DNA from: an uncultured delta proteobacterium
Lineage (GTDB): Bacteria; Desulfobacterota; Syntrophia; Syntrophales; UBA5619
DNA: 64,000 nucleotides
Assembly (NCBI GenBank): GCA_963817385.1
Contig: CAWFOM010000005.1
Span: forward strand, 448,001-512,000
Direction of reading: 5' to 3'
In this document: positions 30,723 to 42,386 of the stretch, piece by piece
How positions within the stretch are numbered: position 1 is the stretch's first letter
Layout of the letters: every line of letters starts with the position of its first letter
The notes under the pieces: generated by a model
What the model was told of the DNA's origin: nothing
Database searches by the model: none
Seen by the model: the letters and a program-made list of their open reading frames with translations, nothing else
Program-made: the position numbers and the translations under genes

Positions 30723-31496
30723 TCACCGGCAGATCCCCCGTTCCGATTTCCTGATGAAATCCAGAAACAGCCGGATCTCGGGCAGGTCTTCCACTTCCTG
30801 TTCCACCTTTTGTATCGCCGCGGAAAGCAGCATCGAGGAACGGAACACGATCCGGTAGGCCTCCCGGAGGGCTTGGAGCGTTTCGTCGGTGAACCCCCGC
30901 CTCTTCAGGCCGATCATGTTCAAGCCGTAGAGTTTGGCAAAGTTTCCGGAGGCCATAACAAAGGGGGGAACGTCCTTGGTAACCGCCGAGGCGCCGCCGA
31001 TGATGCAGTGGGCGCCGATCCGCGTGAACTGGTGGACCCCCGACAGTCCACCGATGATGGCGAAGTCCTCCACATGGATATGACCGGCAAGGTTTGCCGC
31101 ATTGGCCATGACGATGTGATTCCCTAACTTGCAGTTGTGGGCGACGTGGCAGTAGGCCATCAGCAGGTTGTGGTCGCCGATGATGGTGACCCCGATGTCG
31201 GCGGTGGTCGCCCGGTTGATCGTGACGTACTCCCTGATCGTGTTGTAGTTGCCGATGACGACCCGCGTCTTCTCTCCCCTGAATTTGAGATCCTGCGGGG
31301 CGCCGCCGAGAGAGGCGAATTGAGAGATTCGGCACCCCTCGCCGATATCGGTGTGGGCCTCGATGACCACATGAGGGCCGATGATCGTGTTCTTGCCGAT
31401 ATGGCAATCGGGACCGATGATGCTATACGGTCCGACATCGACGCCCTCGGCGAGCGTCGCGTCGGGGGAGATGATTGCGGTAGGGTGGATATTCAT
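30723..31496 (-). CDS. lpxA: UDP-GlcNAc acyltransferase
   Basis: IHPTAII, hexapeptide repeats, PQDLKF, HVAHNC and HQF. Confidence 0.95.
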   Translation of the reverse strand: MNIHPTAIISPDATLAEGVDVGPYSIIGPDCHIGKNTIIGPHVVIEAHTDIGEGCRISQFASLGGAPQDLKFRGEKTRVVIGNYNTIREYVTINRATTADIGVTIIGDHNLLMAYCHVAHNCKLGNHIVMANAANLAGHIHVEDFAIIGGLSGVHQFTRIGAHCIIGGASAVTKDVPPFVMASGNFAKLYGLNMIGLKRRGFTDETLQALREAYRIVFRSSMLLSAAIQKVEQEVEDLPEIRLFLDFIRKSERGICR

Positions 31497-32533
31497 AAGG
31501 ATTCCTTCTCTGTTCTTTCTTCCAGGACCGCTATCCGCCGCTGCAAGGCGGCGAGAGTTTCGCGCATTTCCGACAATTTCGGGAGACAGGCCTCCATCTT
31601 CAACCATTCCCGGTGAGGCATATGGGGTGTGCCGGCCACGATCTGATTCGGGCGGATGTCTTTGTGGACTCCCGACCGGGCGGCCACCATGACGTGATCT
31701 CCGATCCGGATATGACCGACAAGGCCCGCCTGACCGCCGATGACGACGCCTTTTCCCAATTGCGCACTGCCCGAGATGCCGACTTGGGCGACGATGATTG
31801 AATGCTCCCCGATCACCACGTTATGGGCAATCTGAACGAGGTTGTCGATCTTGACTCCCCTCTGAATCCAGGTCCTGCCGAGCGTTCCGCGGTCGATCGT
31901 GGTGTTTGCCCCGATCTCGACATCATCATCGATCTGGACATAGCCGACCTGGGGGATCTTCAGATTTTCCTGTCCGGGCTTGGCAAATCCAAATCCATCA
32001 CTCCCGATGACGACGCCGGCATGCAGGAAGACCCGCCGGCCGATCAGGCAGCGGCGGTAGATAGTGACATGGGGGTAGAGCACGGACGCCTCGCCGACAA
32101 CGGCATCCCGGCCGATGAAAACACCCGGGTAGAGAACCGCCTTGCGCTCGATGCACGCCCCGCGGCAGACGTGGACGCCGGGATAGATCACGGCCTCCGG
32201 TGAGACGTCGGCTCCTGCCTCGATATATGCATCCGCGTGGATCCCCGCGGTCTCTTCTTCCTCGGGATGGAAGAGGGGCAACAGCCGACTGAGGGCGATG
32301 TAAGGATCCTCGACGATGAGGAGGTTTTTCCCCGCACAAGCCGTTCCGGGGGTGACGAGGATCGCGCTTGCACTCGTAGTCTCCAGCTTCTTGCGGTATT
32401 TCCGGTTGGCCACGAAGGTCAGATCCCGTGTGCCGGCCTCATCGATCCCCCGGATCCGTTCGATGAGAACATCGCCGTCGCCGCTGACGTCGCCACCGAG
32501 CAATGCCGCAATCTCATTAAGTGTTTTTTCCAC
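31493..32533 (-). CDS. lpxD: UDP-3-O-acyl-glucosamine N-acyltransferase
   Basis: [15 protein letters not shown] and [11 protein letters not shown] motifs. Confidence 0.95.
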   Translation of the reverse strand: MEKTLNEIAALLGGDVSGDGDVLIERIRGIDEAGTRDLTFVANRKYRKKLETTSASAILVTPGTACAGKNLLIVEDPYIALSRLLPLFHPEEEETAGIHADAYIEAGADVSPEAVIYPGVHVCRGACIERKAVLYPGVFIGRDAVVGEASVLYPHVTIYRRCLIGRRVFLHAGVVIGSDGFGFAKPGQENLKIPQVGYVQIDDDVEIGANTTIDRGTLGRTWIQRGVKIDNLVQIAHNVVIGEHSIIVAQVGISGSAQLGKGVVIGGQAGLVGHIRIGDHVMVAARSGVHKDIRPNQIVAGTPHMPHREWLKMEACLPKLSEMRETLAALQRRIAVLEERTEKESL

Positions 32534-32546
32534 CGCCTTCTTCCCG

Positions 32547-33080
32547 CTACTTCTTGGGTTTGTAGCTCTTGTTGAATTCTTCGATCACCCGTTTCGTCAG
32601 GTCGTTCTCCTTCGAGTAGTAGGCCAAAGGAATCTGGCTGATGTCGATGATCATGCTGTACTTTTCCTTCTCGCCGATCGTCTGGACGAGCTTGAGGATT
32701 TCGGGGATCATCTTCTTGGAGAGTTCCTGATCCTTTGCCTGAAGCTCCTCATTGGAATCTTTGACGAGGATTTGGTAGTCTCGGAACTTCTTCTGGTAGG
32801 CGAGCTCCTTCTCCTTCATCGCTTCTTCCTTGAGAAGCGGTTTCTGCTTTTCAAGATCATCCTTGAGTTTCTTCAGTTCGTTTTCCTTCTCCTGGATGGC
32901 CGCCTTCTCTTTTTCAAGGGTCTTCTTGAAATCTTCGGCCGCCTTCTTGCCGGCGCTGGAGGAGAGCATGACATCCCGGATATCCACGAACCCCGTCTTG
33001 TCGGCCGCCGCCGCGAGCGATCCCGTGAGGGCCAGTGCAAAAATCACCAGACCCGTAACGAACAATGTATATCTTTTCAT
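32547..33080 (-). CDS. skp: Periplasmic chaperone OmpH/Skp
   Basis: Signal peptide, GFVD, charged helices and DLT; lies between bamA and lpxD. Confidence 0.85.
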   Translation of the reverse strand: MKRYTLFVTGLVIFALALTGSLAAAADKTGFVDIRDVMLSSSAGKKAAEDFKKTLEKEKAAIQEKENELKKLKDDLEKQKPLLKEEAMKEKELAYQKKFRDYQILVKDSNEELQAKDQELSKKMIPEILKLVQTIGEKEKYSMIIDISQIPLAYYSKENDLTKRVIEEFNKSYKPKK

Positions 33081-33155
33081 CTACCCATTCTCCCTTCGTA
33101 TCTATCTGGTCGTTATCATCATGGGCAGCAAGGCTGCGGATCCTTCCGCCCTCCC

Positions 33156-35795
33156 CTACATGAACATCCCGATCGTAAATTCGAAACGGCTCGGGGATTC
33201 GCCTTCCTTCGGGTCCAGGACATACCCCCATTCCAGGCGGAGGGGACCGATCGGCGAGTACCAGCGGATCCCCACCCCGGCCGTTTTCCTCATATCGCCC
33301 GGGTGATAGCCGCTTTCCCAGGTGTTGCCGGTATCGAAGAAGATAATCCCTTTCATCCCGGCGTTTTTGATCAGGGGGAAAATATACTCGATATTAAAGT
33401 TCAGCATCGTAAGACCGCCGATGACGTCTCCCGTCGCGGGGTCTTTCGGTCCTACTTCCCTGAGTCCCCGCAGGGAGTTGATCCCTCCGAGATAGTAGCG
33501 TTCGTAGATAGGGACCTCTTTCCCCTCATTTGGCTGCATGTAGCCGATTTTTCCGCGGACGGCGAAAACGGTGTCAAGGGGTAACGGGAAGAACCATGCA
33601 GAGGTTGCCCCGTAACGCGTGAAGCTGACATCGCCCAGGAGAGGGCCGCCGGTATATTCAAGCGAGCCCGTGTTCTTCGAGCCGGTGGACGGGAATATGA
33701 TATCGTCTGTCGAATCCCGAGTAATGCTGAGGGTGACACCGCTGCTCGTTGTTTGCCCTGCCTGTTTTATGATGTAAGAGGAGGCGGTGGGCAAAATGTC
33801 CTTCACATTGTCCATGGAGAGACGGTACCCGAGATAGCCGGTCACATACCCCCAGAGAGGATAGCCCATAGTAGCGCCGAATCCCTTGGAATCGAGGTTG
33901 TAGGTGTCGTACTCCCGATAGAGGTTCCAAACGTCAAACTTACTCCAGAGCGGCATGTCGAAGAGCCAGGGCTCGATGAAGGAGAGGTCGTAGAGTGTGG
34001 ATCGGGAACCGAGGCTCGCCTTAAGGCTCAGGGTCTGTCCGCGGCCGAAGAGGTTCTGCTGGGAGACCTGGGCCGAAATGACCGCATGATCCAGGGCGCT
34101 GTATCCGGCGCCGACGCTGAACATTCCCGTCGGCTTTTCCTTGATGTGGATTTTTACGTCCGTCAGGGTTTCATCCGGGCCCTTCTCGGACTGGAAGTCG
34201 ATCTCTTCGAAGTAGCGCAGCCTGTTCAAGGCCATGTAGCTTTTCTTCAATTTGGTCCGGCTATAGAGATCCCCTTCGACCACGGAGAGCTCCCGGCGGA
34301 TGACCTTGTCGCGCGTTTTGGTATTTCCGGTGATGTTAATCCGGTTGAAATAGACCAGCTTCCTCTTGGCTATTTGGTAGGTCACATCGACGGTCTGGGT
34401 TTTTTCCTGCGGTTCGGTGCGGGGGATAGTTTCGGCATTGGCGTATCCTTCGTCGTTGCAGACCTGGGTTAGATAATCCATGTCCTTCATGATCGCTTCG
34501 CGGTCGTAGAAGTCCTTCTTGGTGATCTGGAGTTTCGCCAGCAGGTCCGTTCGGGAAGTCGCCAACTCGTCGCCGGTGATTGCCACCTTGCCCACGCGGA
34601 ACTGCTTCCCCTCCGAAACGGGGATCTTGATAGTGATTCCGTCCCGATCATGGGTGATCTCGGGCTCGCCGACCTGGGCGTTGATGAAGCCGTTGTTCAG
34701 GTAGAAGGCATTGATCTTGCCCACATCCTGTTTGATCTGGTCCTTTTTCAGGAGTCCGGAGTCGGTGAAGAAGCTGAAGATGCCCCGCTCGGTGGTGGTC
34801 ATCATGTTCTTCAATTCCTTCGTGGTGAATGTCCGGTTGCCTTCAAAGGTGATGTTCCGGATGAAGAGTTTCTCGTTTTCGACGACACTGATGACGACGG
34901 CGACGTCCCTCTCGCTCGTCTTCTCGATGTCATAACGAACCTCGGCATTGTAATACCCCTTGCTGTCATAGAGTTCCTTGATCTTTTCCGTGTCGGCTTT
35001 GAGCTTTTCGGGATTTACGGTTTGCCTGTTCCGGACGGTCATTACGCCTTCGATTTCGTCCTTTTTCAGTGCTTTGTTTCCCTTGACGCGGATCTCCGTG
35101 ATCATGGGCTTTTCTACGACGGTGAAGGCGATCGCCTTCCCCTCGGGAACGTCCGTCACTTCCGCCGTGACGTCATCGAAATAACCCATCTTGTAGATGG
35201 CCTTGATGTCGGCTGAAAGGTCGGAATCGGTGAAGATGTTCCCCGCCGCGCTTTTCAGGACCTGATTGATGGCGCTCCCCTCGATCTTGCGGTTGCCCTT
35301 GAATTCGATGCGGGCGATCCTCTGCTCGGAGGCGATTCTGCTCATGATGTCCATCCGGAGCCGGGCGAGAATGGCGCCGAGGTTCTGCCGGCCTCTGCCC
35401 TGCACGAAGATTCCGGGCAGGACTTTTCCCTCGCGGACATCGATCAGCCTTACATCCACGCTGATCTGCTCACCGAATTCGGTGAGGCTTCCCGTGACGG
35501 TGTAAGCGGCGTCGGCCTTCTTTCCCACCTCCAGTGCCAGTGCGTCGTTCAGGGGTTTCCCCGCTGTGGCGAGGGTAACAGCTCCCCTCTCGACGAGGCG
35601 GATATTCTTTGATTTCAGAAGTTCCGCGGCGACCCCCTGGTAGATCATTTCCTTGAGGTCGGCGGCCCCCTGCGGAGCGGTGCTGTTGATCTCAAAGGGG
35701 AAAAGGGCGACCTTTTTGATGTTTTCTGCCGCTGTTCCCCGGGCCGGCCACACAAGAATGGCGGCCAGAAACATCGTGATGCATGCAAAAAACAT
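33156..35795 (-). CDS. bamA: Outer membrane protein assembly factor with an extra N-terminal domain (start uncertain)
   Basis: POTRA repeats (GNRKI, GNTKTRDKVIRRE), YLGGINSLRG and WYSPIGPLR. Confidence 0.95.
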   Translation of the reverse strand: MFFACITMFLAAILVWPARGTAAENIKKVALFPFEINSTAPQGAADLKEMIYQGVAAELLKSKNIRLVERGAVTLATAGKPLNDALALEVGKKADAAYTVTGSLTEFGEQISVDVRLIDVREGKVLPGIFVQGRGRQNLGAILARLRMDIMSRIASEQRIARIEFKGNRKIEGSAINQVLKSAAGNIFTDSDLSADIKAIYKMGYFDDVTAEVTDVPEGKAIAFTVVEKPMITEIRVKGNKALKKDEIEGVMTVRNRQTVNPEKLKADTEKIKELYDSKGYYNAEVRYDIEKTSERDVAVVISVVENEKLFIRNITFEGNRTFTTKELKNMMTTTERGIFSFFTDSGLLKKDQIKQDVGKINAFYLNNGFINAQVGEPEITHDRDGITIKIPVSEGKQFRVGKVAITGDELATSRTDLLAKLQITKKDFYDREAIMKDMDYLTQVCNDEGYANAETIPRTEPQEKTQTVDVTYQIAKRKLVYFNRINITGNTKTRDKVIRRELSVVEGDLYSRTKLKKSYMALNRLRYFEEIDFQSEKGPDETLTDVKIHIKEKPTGMFSVGAGYSALDHAVISAQVSQQNLFGRGQTLSLKASLGSRSTLYDLSFIEPWLFDMPLWSKFDVWNLYREYDTYNLDSKGFGATMGYPLWGYVTGYLGYRLSMDNVKDILPTASSYIIKQAGQTTSSGVTLSITRDSTDDIIFPSTGSKNTGSLEYTGGPLLGDVSFTRYGATSAWFFPLPLDTVFAVRGKIGYMQPNEGKEVPIYERYYLGGINSLRGLREVGPKDPATGDVIGGLTMLNFNIEYIFPLIKNAGMKGIIFFDTGNTWESGYHPGDMRKTAGVGIRWYSPIGPLRLEWGYVLDPKEGESPSRFEFTIGMFM

Positions 35796-35799
35796 TTTT

Positions 35800-36471
35800 C
35801 TAATCAACGGTATAAATCCTCCCATCGCGCAGACCGATCTGACGGGACATTCGGTCGGCCAGTGATTGGTTGTGCGTGACGACAATCAGCGTAATCCGTT
35901 TTGTCCTGTTTAGGGCAACCAGGATCTCTTCTATCTTCTTTCCGGTTTCCGTGTCAAGGTTTCCTGTGGGTTCATCCGCAAGGAGGATTTCCGGTTCGAG
36001 GATCAGCGCCCGGGCGATTGCCACCCGCTGCTGTTCCCCGCCGGATAGCTCCCCGGGCTTGTGGGTAATCCGGTCGCCCAGACCCACTTCGGCGAGAATC
36101 GCCTCCGCACGCCGTTTTGCCTCTCCTTTCGGCATCCTCCTGATCAGGGCGGGCATCATGGTGTTTTCCAGGCTGGTGAACTCCGGCAGGAGGTTGTGAA
36201 ACTGGAAGATAAAGCCGATCTTCTGGTTCCGGAAGGCGGCGAGCTTCTGCTCCGGCCAGGTGAAGACATCCACGTTGTCATAGAGAATAGTACCGGACGT
36301 CGGATGGTCAAGGGTGCCGAGGATATGGATCAGCGTACTCTTGCCCGATCCGGATACGCCCACGACGGCCAGAGACTCCCCGGTGTCGATGTGGAGATTC
36401 AGTCCTTTGAGCACCTCGATGGCGAGGCCGTCCTTAAGGAAGGTTTTGCTGAGATTCCGGACCTGTATCAT
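35800..36471 (-). CDS. lolD: Lipoprotein-releasing ABC ATPase
   Basis: [24 protein letters not shown] and DEPTGNLD. Confidence 0.9.
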   Translation of the reverse strand: MIQVRNLSKTFLKDGLAIEVLKGLNLHIDTGESLAVVGVSGSGKSTLIHILGTLDHPTSGTILYDNVDVFTWPEQKLAAFRNQKIGFIFQFHNLLPEFTSLENTMMPALIRRMPKGEAKRRAEAILAEVGLGDRITHKPGELSGGEQQRVAIARALILEPEILLADEPTGNLDTETGKKIEEILVALNRTKRITLIVVTHNQSLADRMSRQIGLRDGRIYTVD

Positions 36472-36534
36472 ACGCTTTTCCTTAACGCCCCGTCAGGGGA
36501 CCCTTCCGCCGCTTGTCCGTTCGCCATGCCGCCC

Positions 36535-37813
36535 TCAATCGTAGCGCAGCGCCTCCGCCGGATCGAGGCGGGATGCCCGCCAGGATGGGTAGATCGTCGA
36601 GAGGAAACAGATCAGCATCGTTCCTCCGAGGATGATTCCCACATCACCGTAGTTGACCTGCGAGGGGAGTTCACTCAAGTAGTAGACGTCGCCGGGAAGG
36701 ATCTTGAAGCCGAAGAATTTTTCCACAAAACGGGAAAGCGCCTCCAGATTCAGGGCGACGGACAGCCCCGCGAGGCAGCCGAGGAAGGTGCCCAGTGCGC
36801 CAACGATAAGCCCTTGGAAGATGAAGATTTTCATGATGTCGCGGCGGGTTGCGCCCATCGTTTTCAAAATGGCGATGTCCTTGTTCTTCTCCATGACGAT
36901 CATGATGAGCGCGCTGATGATATTGAAGGCCGCGACGAGGACGATCAGGGAGAGGATGATGAACATGACCCGCTTCTCCAGCCTGAGCGCCGAGAAGAGA
37001 TTCCTGTTCATCTCCATCCAGTTGCGGGCCCAGTAGGGGTAGCCCAGTTTTTTTTCGATCGTCTTTGCGATCCCGTCGGCCTGGTAGATGTCGTCAACCC
37101 GGATCTCCAGACCGGTGACCAGATCTCCCATATTGAGGAATTCCTGGCAGGTCTTCAGGGATATGTAGGCGAGCGTCGAATCATATTCGTAGAAGCCGGA
37201 CTCGAAGATGCCGACGACGACAAAAGGCTTCATCCTCGGGACCATCCCCATCGGCGTGGAGATGCCGGACGGGGAGACGATATGGACCGTTTCGAAGAGG
37301 AACACCCCGAGGTTTTTGGCCAGCTCGCGGCCGATGATGATCCCGGGGAGATCGGAGAGATCCGGTTTCAGGCCGGGGATCTTCCTCGGGCCGTCCTGCA
37401 GATAGTCGAGGCTTCCCTCCCTGATCTTTCCCAGGTTGATCACCTTCATGGCGTCCGCTGTGGAGAGCCCCCTGAGCACGATTCCGGTTACGCTGTTCCC
37501 GTTTTTGAGCATTGCCTGGCTGTAGATGAAGGGGGTGGCGGCGACGACGCCGGGGATTTGGGTTACCTCCTGCATGGACCCGGGAATGATCCCGCATCCC
37601 GCCGGTATGTTCCATGAGGACGATATGGGAGTTGATTCCCAGGATCTTGCTGCGCAGATCGTTTTCGAAGCCGCTCATGACGGCGATGACGATGATCAGG
37701 GCCGCGACGCCCAAAAAGATACCGGCAATCGAAATGAAGGTGATAATGGAAACGAACACCTGTTTCCGTCTTGCCCGGAGGTAGCGCAGGCTGATGAAGA
37801 GTTCATAAGACAT
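36535..37813 (-). CDS. lolE: Lipoprotein-releasing permease LolC/E, +1 frameshift near 37577
   Basis: MSYELFISLRYL...GVAALIIVIAVMSGF in the first frame; LIVLVAAFNI and PAEALRYD in the second. Confidence 0.9.
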
Positions 37814-39333
37814 CACTGATCCGTTTCCATCTTCTTGGCGATGGTGGATCCATCCCGTGTCCGAAGGAGCGGGAAGAGGATCACATCCCGTATTGATGCG
37901 GAGTCGGTGAAGAGCATGACGAGGCGATCGATCCCGATCCCCTCCCCCGCCGTCGGCGGCATCCCGCATTCAAGGGCGCTGATATAGTCTTCATCCATCT
38001 CATGGGCTTCCAGATCGCCGGCTTCGCGTTCCGCGAGCTGCATTTCGAAGCGCTGGCGCTGGTCCACGGGGTCGTTGAGCTCGGAGAAGGCGTTGGCGAT
38101 CTCCCTGCCGCAGATGTAAAGCTCGAAACGGTCGGCCAGAGACGGGTTTGCCGCGTTTCGCCGGGAGAGGGGAGAGACGTCGATGGGGTAGTGGGTAACG
38201 AAGGTCGGCTGGATGAGCTTCTTCTCTACCGTCTCGTCGAATATGGCCATCATCACCTTCCCCGGCGGGTCGCCGGGCTTCACCTCGATCCCGAGTTTCC
38301 GGGCGTGGGCGGCCATCCGTCCGGGGTCATCGAACACCGCCGCCTCTACGCCGCCGATCGTAATTACGGCGTCGCGCACCGTGATCCGACGCCACGGAGG
38401 CGTCAGATCGATCTCGTTCCCCTGGTAGGTGAGGCGGAGCGAACCGGACAGGTTGCTGGCGACGAACGAGAAGAGTTCCTCCGTCATGGCCATCAGGTCC
38501 TCATAGGTCGCATAGGCCTGGTAGAACTCCAGCATCGTGAATTCGGGGTTATGGAAGGTGGAGATCCCTTCGTTACGGAAGTTTCGGTTGATCTCGAAGA
38601 CCCGTTCCAGGCCTCCGGTGATGAGCCGCTTAAGGTAGAGCTCGGGGGCGATCCTCAGGTAAAAGTTCATCCCGAGGGCGTTGTGAAAGGTCGCGAAGGG
38701 ACGCGCGACGGCGCCACCGGCCTTGGGTTGCATCATGGGGGTTTCCACCTCCAGGAAGTCCCGTTCCTCCATGAAGCGGCGGATGAGGCTGATGATCCGA
38801 CTTCGCGTATGGAAGACCTTGCGAACCTCCGGGTTGACGATCAGATCGAGGTGGCGTTGCCGGTAACGGATCTCGACATCCGTCAGACCGTGCCATTTTT
38901 CCGGCAGGGGGTGGAGCGATTTGGCAAGCAGCCGGAGGCCGTTCTCCTCCACGTCGATGGTCAGTTCCCCCGTTTTTGTCTTGAAGACTCGCCCGGCGAT
39001 CCAGAGGATGTCACCGATATCAAGCCGCTTGAATAGCGAAAAGGCCCTTTCTCCGAGCTGGTTTTTCCGAAGGAATGCCTGAAGTCGACCCTTACGGTCC
39101 TGGATACTGATGAAGGCGCCTTTGCCGAAGTCCCGGACGGCCATCAGACGGCCCGCCAAGGCGATGCGGTCCGTCATCTTTTCCAGCTCTTCCGGGGTCA
39201 TCTGCCCGAAGCGTTCACTGACTGATGCCGTGGTCTCGCTAACGCGGATATCGTTGGGATAGAGGTCGATCCCGTCGGTCTTCAGGGATTCGATCTTTTC
39301 CCTGCGTTTTTTCTGAAGTTCGCTTTCTTCCAT
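37813..39333 (-). CDS. lysS: Lysyl-tRNA synthetase, class II
   Basis: LRIAPELYLKR, FRNEG, HNPEF and GEGIGIDRL. Confidence 0.97.
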   Translation of the reverse strand: MEESELQKKRREKIESLKTDGIDLYPNDIRVSETTASVSERFGQMTPEELEKMTDRIALAGRLMAVRDFGKGAFISIQDRKGRLQAFLRKNQLGERAFSLFKRLDIGDILWIAGRVFKTKTGELTIDVEENGLRLLAKSLHPLPEKWHGLTDVEIRYRQRHLDLIVNPEVRKVFHTRSRIISLIRRFMEERDFLEVETPMMQPKAGGAVARPFATFHNALGMNFYLRIAPELYLKRLITGGLERVFEINRNFRNEGISTFHNPEFTMLEFYQAYATYEDLMAMTEELFSFVASNLSGSLRLTYQGNEIDLTPPWRRITVRDAVITIGGVEAAVFDDPGRMAAHARKLGIEVKPGDPPGKVMMAIFDETVEKKLIQPTFVTHYPIDVSPLSRRNAANPSLADRFELYICGREIANAFSELNDPVDQRQRFEMQLAEREAGDLEAHEMDEDYISALECGMPPTAGEGIGIDRLVMLFTDSASIRDVILFPLLRTRDGSTIAKKMETDQ

Positions 39334-39519
39334 AACTAAATTGCCCCGGTGTGTTTCGATATAAAGTCGATTTAACTATATTTTTTTTCGATATTAGTCA
39401 AGCGCGAATTGAAGCGGACAGGTCGGGCGATGAGGGAAGGTCAGCCATCTTTCGCATTGCGGCATGGAGGCAACTTGTGTATGATCGGCCAACAGTACGT
39501 TTCAGGAAAGGGGGAAGGG

Positions 39520-39937
39520 ATGATCAATAAAGCGATCCTGGTGGGCAGGCTGGGGAAGGATCCGGAGGTCAGATACACGCCGGACGGCGCAATGGTTACC
39601 AATTTTACTCTGGCAACGGATGAACAGCGGAAAGACAAGAACGGGGAACGGGTCAGGACTACCGAGTGGCACCGAATCGTGACCTTCGGGAAACTGGCCG
39701 AAATCTGCGGTAAATACCTTGTCAAAGGGAAATTGGTCTTTGTGGAGGGGAGGATTCAGGACGCAGGCTTGGGAGGACAAGGAGGGTAACAAGCGTTCCA
39801 CGACTGAAATCATCGCCTCGGATATGCGAATGCTCGACTCGAAAGGCCAGCGTGGTCCCGATGCATCGCCGGAGGAGCCTCCTCTGCCTCATCCCGGCGC
39901 GGAGGGGCCTTCACCCGAGGATGATGTCCCCTTTTAA
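39520..39937 (+). CDS. ssb: Single-stranded DNA-binding protein, +1 frameshift near 39760
   Basis: [16 protein letters not shown] and TEWHRIV; the acidic tail DDVPF lies in a shifted frame. Confidence 0.92.
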
Positions 39938-39957
39938 CTAATGTCCGATACTGGGGA

Positions 39958-40152
39958 TCAGGGTTTTTTCTCTTCGGTCTTCTTCTCGGCGGAGGGTGTG
40001 ACGTCGATTTCGTTCGGCTCGCGGGTGGCCTTCTTGAAGTTCTTGATGCCGCGGCCGAGTGCACTCCCGATCTCGGGGAGTTTTCCGGCGCCGAAGATGA
40101 TCAGGATGATCACCAGAATGACCAGCAATTCAGGCATACCTATTCCGAACAT
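39958..40152 (-). CDS. tatA: Twin-arginine translocase TatA/E
   Basis: MFGIGMPEL...[10 protein letters not shown]. Confidence 0.92.
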   Translation of the reverse strand: MFGIGMPELLVILVIILIIFGAGKLPEIGSALGRGIKNFKKATREPNEIDVTPSAEKKTEEKKP

Positions 40153-40228
40153 GATTGGATAACCTCACTAGTAATTTCTTGCGAATGATCTTAGACCATC
40201 GGTGTGTTGTTGTCAAACAGGAACTTCT

Positions 40229-41128
40229 TCAGGGCGATTTCTTCGTCGGCGCCTTTTCCGGTAACCGTATATGGATCACCTCTCCCTGTTTCCCCAGGCT
40301 TCCGAGGGATTTTCCTTGGTAGATCAGGTTGACTCCACCCGCGTTACCGATGTCGAGCTGGAAATAGTCCGATGCCAGCCGCTCGATCCGGTCACCCGGT
40401 TTGAGGAGGACTTGATAGGAGGGATTGAGATCTTCGGTGATCCGAATCCAGGAGAGATCGCGAGTTTCGATTACGAGGTGGAGCATCTTTCCGGACGGAG
40501 CCGAGGGTGGTCGGGCGGTTGCCCTCTCCGCTACCGTGGCTGATTCTTTTGCCGTCGCCTGGGCCGGGGTTGCCGGGGCTGGCTGGTCTGCCGGCGTCGG
40601 AGCCGTTGAAGTTGCCGAAGCCGCTGGAGTTGCCGGAACCGCCGATGCGGGTTCCCCCTGTTCAGACGGTGGCGATTCGATGGGCTGAGCCGGGGGAATC
40701 GTCCTGCCGGACTGATCATAAAGGAAAAGGGCATAGACGAGAATACCGGCTAAGATGACGGAGGCAAGGCTTCCAAATAGGAACCGGTAACGTCGGCTGG
40801 CTTCCGGCCAGGGTTTCTGAACCTCCGGCTCTTCACGGGGAGGATTCATGCTTGCCAGGTGCCTCTCATACCGGTCCAAAAGCGGTTTCTCGTCTATCCC
40901 GACAGCCCGGGCGTACTTCCGGATGAAATTTCGTGTATAGACCGGGGGTGGAAGCTGGCGAAAATCGCCGTTCTCCACTGCCGTGAGGTTGATCATGGTG
41001 ACTCGCGTGGCATGAAAAATGTCCATCAGGGAAAGCCCCCGGGCCTCGCGTGCAGCCTTCAGGTCCTGAACATTCTCGCATGGGGCGGGCGTCCGCTGTG
41101 CCGCGGGGATTTCCTTTTTCTCATCCAT
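40229..41128 (-). CDS. rodZ: RodZ-like protein (HTH, TM, DUF4115-like domain)
   Basis: LKAAREARGLS, AVENG, RKYARAVG, one TM and GNAGGV. Confidence 0.75.
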   Translation of the reverse strand: MDEKKEIPAAQRTPAPCENVQDLKAAREARGLSLMDIFHATRVTMINLTAVENGDFRQLPPPVYTRNFIRKYARAVGIDEKPLLDRYERHLASMNPPREEPEVQKPWPEASRRYRFLFGSLASVILAGILVYALFLYDQSGRTIPPAQPIESPPSEQGEPASAVPATPAASATSTAPTPADQPAPATPAQATAKESATVAERATARPPSAPSGKMLHLVIETRDLSWIRITEDLNPSYQVLLKPGDRIERLASDYFQLDIGNAGGVNLIYQGKSLGSLGKQGEVIHIRLPEKAPTKKSP

Positions 41129-41337
41129 GTATTCAAAATCTCCTCGTAAGCTGCCGATACGATTAGCACCATTTCACCGGCCGTGCAACAGAAAGATGCG
41201 GACCGCCCGGGTGAGAGAGTCCGGAAACCGGCAAATTGCACTGGTTTTTTGTCGGCTTTTATGCTGGGATGGCCGCCGCACAGGGTTGCGCGTGCGAAGA
41301 GGGGCAGTTCCGTCACGGAATGATGGATGGAGTCAAG

Positions 41338-42138
41338 ATGATGAAGAGGAACAATTACCGGCAGTTCATCGAAGCGGTTGCGGTTGAAGCGGGAACCCTC
41401 CTCCGGGAGAGCATCCACAACCGCCATACCGTTCAGTACAAAGGGGAGATCAATCTGGTGACGGAGGCCGACCACCTCTCCGAGGCGCTCATTATTGAGC
41501 GGATCCGTCATGCTTACCCCGGCCATGATATCCTGGCGGAGGAATCTCCCGAGACCGCGAACGGCTCAGGTTTCCGATGGATCATCGATCCTCTTGATGG
41601 AACGACGAATTACGCCCACGGCTACCCGATCTTCTGCGTCTCCATCGCCCTTGAAGTAGAGGGGATGATCCGCCTTGGCGCCGTCTGTAATCCCATGCTT
41701 GCTGAACTTTTCGTTGCGGAGAAAGGGGATGGCGCCTTTTTGAACGGCCGGCGTCTTGCCGTTTCCCAGACGGCAGAACTCTCCCGGGGGCTCCTGGCAA
41801 CCGGTTTTCCCTATGATATTCGGGAGGATCGAAACAACAACCTGAATTACTTCAAGGCGATGGCCATAAATGCCCAAGCGATCCGCCGAACCGGCTCGGC
41901 CGCTCTCGACATGGCCTACGTTGCAGCAGGCCGCTTTGACGGCTTCTGGGAGTTGAAGCTCATGCCATGGGACACCGCGGCTGGATGGCTCCTCATCACC
42001 GAGGCGGGCGGCACGGTGACAGACCTCCGGGACAGTCCGTACGAGCTTCATTCTCCGCATATCCTCGCCTCCAACGGCTCCATCCACGGCGAGATGGCCC
42101 GCATCCTTGCAGGAACAGATCCACTCGACATCCGGTAG
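41338..42138 (+). CDS. suhB: Inositol monophosphatase family protein
   Basis: WIIDPLDGTTNY, GSAALD and WDTAAG. Confidence 0.88.
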   Translation: MMKRNNYRQFIEAVAVEAGTLLRESIHNRHTVQYKGEINLVTEADHLSEALIIERIRHAYPGHDILAEESPETANGSGFRWIIDPLDGTTNYAHGYPIFCVSIALEVEGMIRLGAVCNPMLAELFVAEKGDGAFLNGRRLAVSQTAELSRGLLATGFPYDIREDRNNNLNYFKAMAINAQAIRRTGSAALDMAYVAAGRFDGFWELKLMPWDTAAGWLLITEAGGTVTDLRDSPYELHSPHILASNGSIHGEMARILAGTDPLDIR

Positions 42139-42386
42139 GATCAAACCTCACCACTGACGTTCCCCAAAAAAGTCCAGCAGCCGAACGGAAAGATTGATTC
42201 CTTGTCTGCGATGACGTTAGTCTCTTTTCCTCAGAGCCGACTGATCTTGACAACTGCGAATTGCTGCCTATATTACGAATGAATCGGAGCGAATTGAACA
42301 ATATCGAGTTGTTAGTGGTTCGTGCAGGATTTACTCGTCTGATTGCACGACAGGATTATCAATACTGCTTTTAGGAGGTGAAAGAT

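Noticed and set aside
42240..42386. CIRCE or ROSE element upstream of the hsp20 pair
   Set aside because: No TTAGCACTC-N9-GAGTGCTAA match and no convincing thermometer hairpin by eye.
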